Source of the DNA: the human T2T-CHM13v2.0 reference genome, Homo sapiens
Reading direction: 5' to 3' (one strand)
DNA: 64,000 bases
Assembly (NCBI RefSeq): GCF_009914755.1
Contig: NC_060947.1
Shown here in pieces: positions 48,389 to 64,000 of this stretch. The notes beneath the pieces are model-generated. The model worked only from the letters and a program-made list of their open reading frames with translations. It had not been told where the DNA came from and searched no databases. The stretch's first letter is position 1, and each line of letters begins with the position of its first letter. The position numbers and the translations under genes are program-made.

Positions 48389-49495
48389 CATTGGTTCTCA
48401 ACTGAGGGTGATTTTATCCCCCAAGTGACGTTAGGCAATATCTGAAGATGTTTTTGGTTGTCACACTGGGGAAGTGCTGGTAGTATCTAGTGAGTAGAGG
48501 CCAGAGATGCTGCTAACCGTCCTAAAATGCACAGGACAACCACCCATGACAAAGTATTTTTTTTTCTTCAACTTTTGTTTTAAGTTCTGGGGTACATGTG
48601 CAGGATGTGCAGGTTTGTTACATAGGTAAACATGTGCCATGGTGGTTTGCTGCACAGATCATCCCATCACCTAGGTATTAAGCCAGGCATCCATCAGCTA
48701 TTCTTCCTGATGCTCTCTCTCTCTCCTTTTTATGGCTGCATAGTATTCCATGGTGTGTATGTACTACATTTTCTTTATCCAGTCTATCATCAATGGGCAT
48801 TTTAGTTGATTCCCTGTTTTTGCTATTGTGAATAGTGCTGCAAAGAACCTACACGTGCATGTATCTTTATAATAGAATGATTTATATTCCTTTGGGATAT
48901 ATAAATCCCACTAATGGGATTGCTGCATCAAATGGTATTTCTGCTTCTAGATCTTTGAGGAATTGCCACACTGTCTTCCACAATGGTTGAACTAATGTAC
49001 ACTCCCACCAACAGTGGAAGAGCATTCCTTTTTCTCTGCAACCTCGCCAGTATCTGTTGTTTCTTGATTTTTAAATAATCGCCATTCTGACTGGTGTGAG
49101 ATTGTATCTCATTGTGGTTTTGATTTTCATTTCTCTAATGATTAGTGATGTTGAGCTTTTTTTTCATATATTTGTTGGCTGCATGAATGTCTTCTTTTGA
49201 GAAATGTCTGTTCATGTCTTTTGCTTATTTTTAATGGGGTTATTTTTTCTTCTAAATTTGTTTAAGTTCCTTGTAGACTCTGAATATTAGACCTTTGTCA
49301 GATGGATAGATTGCAAAAATTTTCTCCCTTTTTGTAGGTTATCTGTTCACTCTGATGATAGTTTCTTTTGCTGTGCAGAAGCTCTTTAGTTTAATTAGAT
49401 CCAATTTGTCAATTTTTGCTTTTGTTGCAATCATGACGAAGTATTGATCATGATCCAGCCCCAAATGTCAATAGTGGCAAGGTTGAAAAGCTCTG
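48389..49495 (+). mobile_element. MER20 split by an antisense L1PA8-10-like 3' fragment (about 48559-49431)
   Basis: MER20 ends cattggttctcaac...ggttgaaaagctctg; L1 TSD catgac[a/g]aagtatt (about 48545 / 49432). Confidence 0.85.
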
Positions 49496-49803
49496 ATCTA
49501 AGCTAAAAAAATTTAAAGTCATTTTAATAATTTACTGATAGGCAAAGTAATGCCTGTTCATCATAAAAAATCTGGAAAATACAAACAGCACAAAGAAGAA
49601 ATAAGTCATTCATAGTTCCAATCCTCAGAAATAACCACTATTTAACGTTTTATTGCAATGACTCTCAAACCTGGCTGTCCCTAGAGAGCTATGAAAAAAC
49701 TTAGGGTTCCATCCCCAGATATCTGATTCCAGTCTTTTCTCCATATTGACTTTTATGTAACCTACTTTAATCCCTTAACAATATTATGAGCATTTTCCTA
49801 TGC

Positions 49804-50117
49804 CAGGGGTTGGTAAACTACACCTGTTTCCGTGGAGCTTGTGAGATGAGAATGGGTTTTACATTTTAAGTGGTTGAAAAAAAAATCTAAAGAAGAAGAA
49901 GACTTTATGACACATGAAAATGATTTGAATTTCACATTCTGGTGTCCTAAAATAAACTTTTGTTGAAATATAGCCACATCCTTTCATTGACATCTTGCCT
50001 GTGGCTGCTTTTATGCTACCGTGGCAGGGTTGAGTAGCTGTGACAAATACTGTAGGGCCTGTAAAGTCTGAAATATGTATTCTGTAGCCATTTACAGAAA
50101 AATTTTGCCAACCTCTG
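49804..50117 (+). mobile_element. MER58B (hAT-Charlie)
   Basis: TIR caggggttggtaaac / ttttgccaacctctg; 8-bp TSD t[c/t]ctatgc. Confidence 0.8.
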
Positions 50118-50935
50118 TTCTATGCCATTAGATACTTCCATTGTTCTTTCCTTGATATATAGCATTCTATCTCTTCTTGTTGATTATTTAAGCTATTTTC
50201 AAATTTAGGCTACTATAAATGATTATTAGAAAAAATCCCAATTGAGCAACCCATGCATAATGTACGTGATTATTTCTGTAAAAAATATTTCTAGAGGAAA
50301 TAACTTTTTAAAGGCATTTGTTCATATAGTCAAATTAGTGTCTTGAAAGTTTATGCCAATTTCCACTCCAAATCAGAAGTATGTAGGAATGCCTCTTTCC
50401 CACCTGTTTATAATCAATGGGTGCTTTGCATTTTTGTCTCTGCCAACCTGACAAGTTGTTTTAACTTGTATCTATTTGTTTACTAATGAAGTTGAACACT
50501 ATTACCATGTGCTTATTGGCTACCTTTTTTGTTTTTTAAATTACCTCTTTTTAATTTTCATTTGCCTATTCTCTATTATGGCTTTTATCATTTTCCTGCT
50601 GCTCTGCGAGAATTTTTTTCTTTTAAAATTAAGGATAAAAATTTTTCTAACATTTAAGTTGCTAATGTTTCTTCAGATTTACATTTTTCATATTAATGTT
50701 TTTAATATATGCAAGTTTTAAAATGTTATACCTTAAAAAATATTTCCTGCCTTTGGCATCTTTCTTATTTTATTTGTTGTATATTCATTGTGGGTGGATA
50801 TAAACTGATTAAATGTGATGAAAGGTGAAAGGGCATTGTAGACCAGGAGACTGGCATGTGGCTGGAAATGCATAGGTGCTACTTGGAAAGGGGAGGAAAT
50901 AAGGTTGACGGAAGCAAAAGGAAAAGATTAAGGAG

Positions 50936-56451
<5,516 letters not shown>

Positions 56452-56539
56452 AAAAGATTAAGGAGGGAGATTATGAGGGATACAGGAGCCAAATTACAGC
56501 CATCTTTGTATCCTTTGACAAGGAGCTTCAACTTTATCA

Positions 56540-57130
56540 TCTAATTTCAAAATGTGGTTCTTGTACTATGTGCAAAAGAATTAACTGTGGGTGGTGGTGG
56601 TGTGAATGTTGAAATGCTGATTTCTATGCTCTAACCCAGATCTGCTAGTGGAAGTTTAGGTGATGAGGTCTCAGGATCATAAGCTTCACAAAGACAGTTA
56701 TCCAAACATATAAACAAGTCATTCAAGTGCCAGCTGTGCTCTACTCATAAGGAAGAAGAATTCAGAGTAGTAGTTCTCAATTTTGTTTGCATATTGGAAG
56801 TGGAATCAGTTGGGGGAGATTTACAAACACTGATACTTACATCTTATCTCAGTGACTTAGCTTTATTGGGTTTGGAATATCACCTGGAAATTGGGATTTT
56901 TAAAAAATCTGATATTCAGCAATGTTGAGAATTACTGCTATAGACTAGTACTGGTTCTGTAAGTGTGGGTTCCAGACCAGCAGCATTAGCATCAACTGGG
57001 AATTACTAGAAATGCAATTTCTGATACCACAGGGCTGCTGAATCAGAAACTGGGAGTGGACCCATCAGTCTATGTTTAACAAGGCCTCCAGGTGGTTCTG
57101 ATAGATGCCAAAATTTGAGAACCACTGCTT
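56540..57130. mobile_element. Cluster of MER5A/MER5B (hAT-Charlie) MITEs
   Basis: ccagaccagcagcattagcatcaactgggaa...ttaacaaggcctccaggtggttctga...tttgagaaccactg. Confidence 0.75.
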
Positions 57131-57412
57131 TAGAGTGATTGAAGAAGTCACTTCGTGGTCCCTCCATGTTTTAGAACCCATCTGTTATTGATCATTTGGC
57201 TAGTTTTGCCCCATGAGTTGGAGGGAACTTTGGAACTGGGCAAAACTAACACCACTCGCTGAGCTCCTCTTTGGTTTTGCCTGCTGACGCCTGCCTGTAT
57301 CTGATCACTGATGGGGTGCCATCTTGTAGATGGTGTAGTTACATCTTATTAAGTCATTTAAGGATTTTAGCCTTAAAATTGTGGGTTTGACTTTTACTGG
57401 GAGGTTCGTAAT

Positions 57413-60760
<3,348 letters not shown>

Positions 60761-61411
60761 AATCCGCCACCCCGTTCATAAATTTTGTAGAGTGATACAA
60801 AATTAATTTTAAGGAAGAAAATTTTCAGTGGCACTGGAAGAATTGCTGGGAACAGGGAGACCCTCTCTCCATTCCTTCTCCACAGGACCATTCCTCTCAG
60901 CCTATGAATGTGTCCCAAAATATTCTCTTCAAGCCTTTCTCATCTTTATCTTTTCTTTCCCAGCCAATCTGCTTCTAAACATAGTCTACACTCACCTACT
61001 GGGTGCAGAGATAGACCTAGAGGCTCATTGGAGAAATTGGATTGGGCAGAGCTGCCACTGTTTCTGTCAAGGGCTTTGGTAAAACAAAGCCACATTAAAG
61101 GGTTTGTCAGGTGGCAGTTAGTGGTAAATTGTCAACAGGATAGCAAAAAATCCAGAATAGGCAGATAAACATTCACAAGAGTAGTCTGAAGTATAATCTG
61201 TAAATAAGCCAAGGAACAGAGAAGGGGGCGATCCACAACAATTTCCTGGCATGGGTACTCTTTTCAACGTTTTTCAGATTGCCTGCTGGAGGTGTTCACT
61301 TTTCTTAATGGATTGGTGCACTGCCTTGATTTTCGAAAATCTAGCTTGTACCAACATACTACTGAAATTAAGGTATAACTTCTAACTGTCAAATCCAAAG
61401 GACATTTTTCA

Positions 61412-61854
<443 letters not shown>

Positions 61855-62659
61855 TCAAAACTGAATTCAGTAGTCTCCAGGTTGTTATTTGTCTCCTATT
61901 ATGTATACAGCACTGTAAGGAAATACACAACTTTTACTCTGCTATATTTTACTCTTTCACTATAGCATAAATAATACACATATGTGTCCTCTGCCTCTTT
62001 CATAGTAAGCTTAACTCCTACTTATCTTTCAAAGCCTTATATGACTTTTGTCACTTTTCATAGATTTTGGAGTTGTAGGGGACCTTAGAAATAATCTACA
62101 TTTAGTTCACCTTCATGTCTTTTCCAGAAAGTCATATAGGAGTTATTTCTGCATTTATTCCGATAAGTGATTTTCCAGACTTGCTTAAACCTAATTCTTT
62201 CCAAGGCAGCCTGCCCAATATTTAGGCAATTATAAATGTTATGTTCGATTCACTGTAACTTCCATGAAACCTTGTTCTGACCACTAAAGAAATATACAAT
62301 AAATTGATTATTTTCTTTAGGTGACAACTTTTCTAGGATTTGAAGATAGCTGTTATATTCTTTAAAATTACATTTTCTCAAGTTAAACATCTCATTTTCC
62401 TTAAATTTCCTAACAGGTCAGAGTTTCTAGACTTCCGACTGTCTTTAATACTTTCCAGAGGGCCAATGTCCTGCATAAACTGGCTATAATACTTTAGTCA
62501 TTGTCTGACCATACAAGAGTACACTATGACATTTCTCTTCCTTGATTTAAGATTCTATTAGCTTTATGAATAGTCAAACCACCCTATTGGCCTCTGTGCC
62601 AGTTATCAATTTATTGCCTCTCTATTCTAAATCCACCTTTCGTTGTCTGCTTTTGAAAA

Positions 62660-63554
<895 letters not shown>

Positions 63555-64000
63555 TGCTGGGAATAAGCCCCCAAATCTGGCCATAAACTGGCCCCAAAAC
63601 TGGCCATAAACAAAATCTTTGCAGCACTGTGACATGTTCGTGATGGCCATGATGCCCACACTGAAGGTTGTGGGTTTACTGGAATGAGGGCAAGGAACAG
63701 CTGGCCCACCCAGGGCAGAAAACCACTTAAAGGCAGTCCTGAGCCACAAACAATAGCATCAGCAATCTGTGCCTTAAGCACATGTTCCTGCTGCAGATAA
63801 CTAGCCAGAGTCCATCCCTTTGTTTCAGCCCACCCCTTTGTTTCCCGTAAGGAATACTTTTAGTTAATCTATAATCTATAGAAACAATGCTTATCACTGG
63901 CTTGCTGTCAATAAATATGTGGGTAAATCTCTGTTCGGGGCACTCAGCTCTGAAGGCTTTGAGTCCCCTGTTTCCCACTCCACAGGCTATATTTGTGTGT
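63555..64000 (+). mobile_element. MER9 LTR (HERV-K HML-3/HERVK9), running off the window end
   Basis: tgctgggaataagcccccaaatctggccataaactggccccaaaactggccataaacaaaatct. Confidence 0.85.

Overview
Hominoid (human- or ape-like) genomic DNA, AT-rich and dominated by interspersed repeats: Alu J/S/Y, L1PA/L1PB/L1M, MaLR and ERV LTRs, MER DNA transposons, MIR and L2. There is no recognisable multi-exon host gene. The ORF track is almost entirely L1/Alu read-through or chance ORFs. A strong minus-strand bias of L1s and one clean 33-nt splice-flanked candidate exon (12160-12192) suggest a large intron of a + strand gene, which I cannot name. Three observations stand out. (1) Three neighbouring young L1s of apparently different subfamilies, in alternating orientation, share a mosaic of non-consensus substitutions, which suggests non-allelic gene conversion. 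(2) One TSD-bounded L1 is a composite with a second internal 5'UTR fused to an endonuclease-less ORF2 whose RT domain is intact, plus a 359-bp duplication. (3) There is a ~185-bp inverted repeat (18.05-18.24 kb / 18.88-19.07 kb) that I cannot match to any repeat family. Subfamily names come from recalled consensus sequences, and boundaries of old repeats are approximate.
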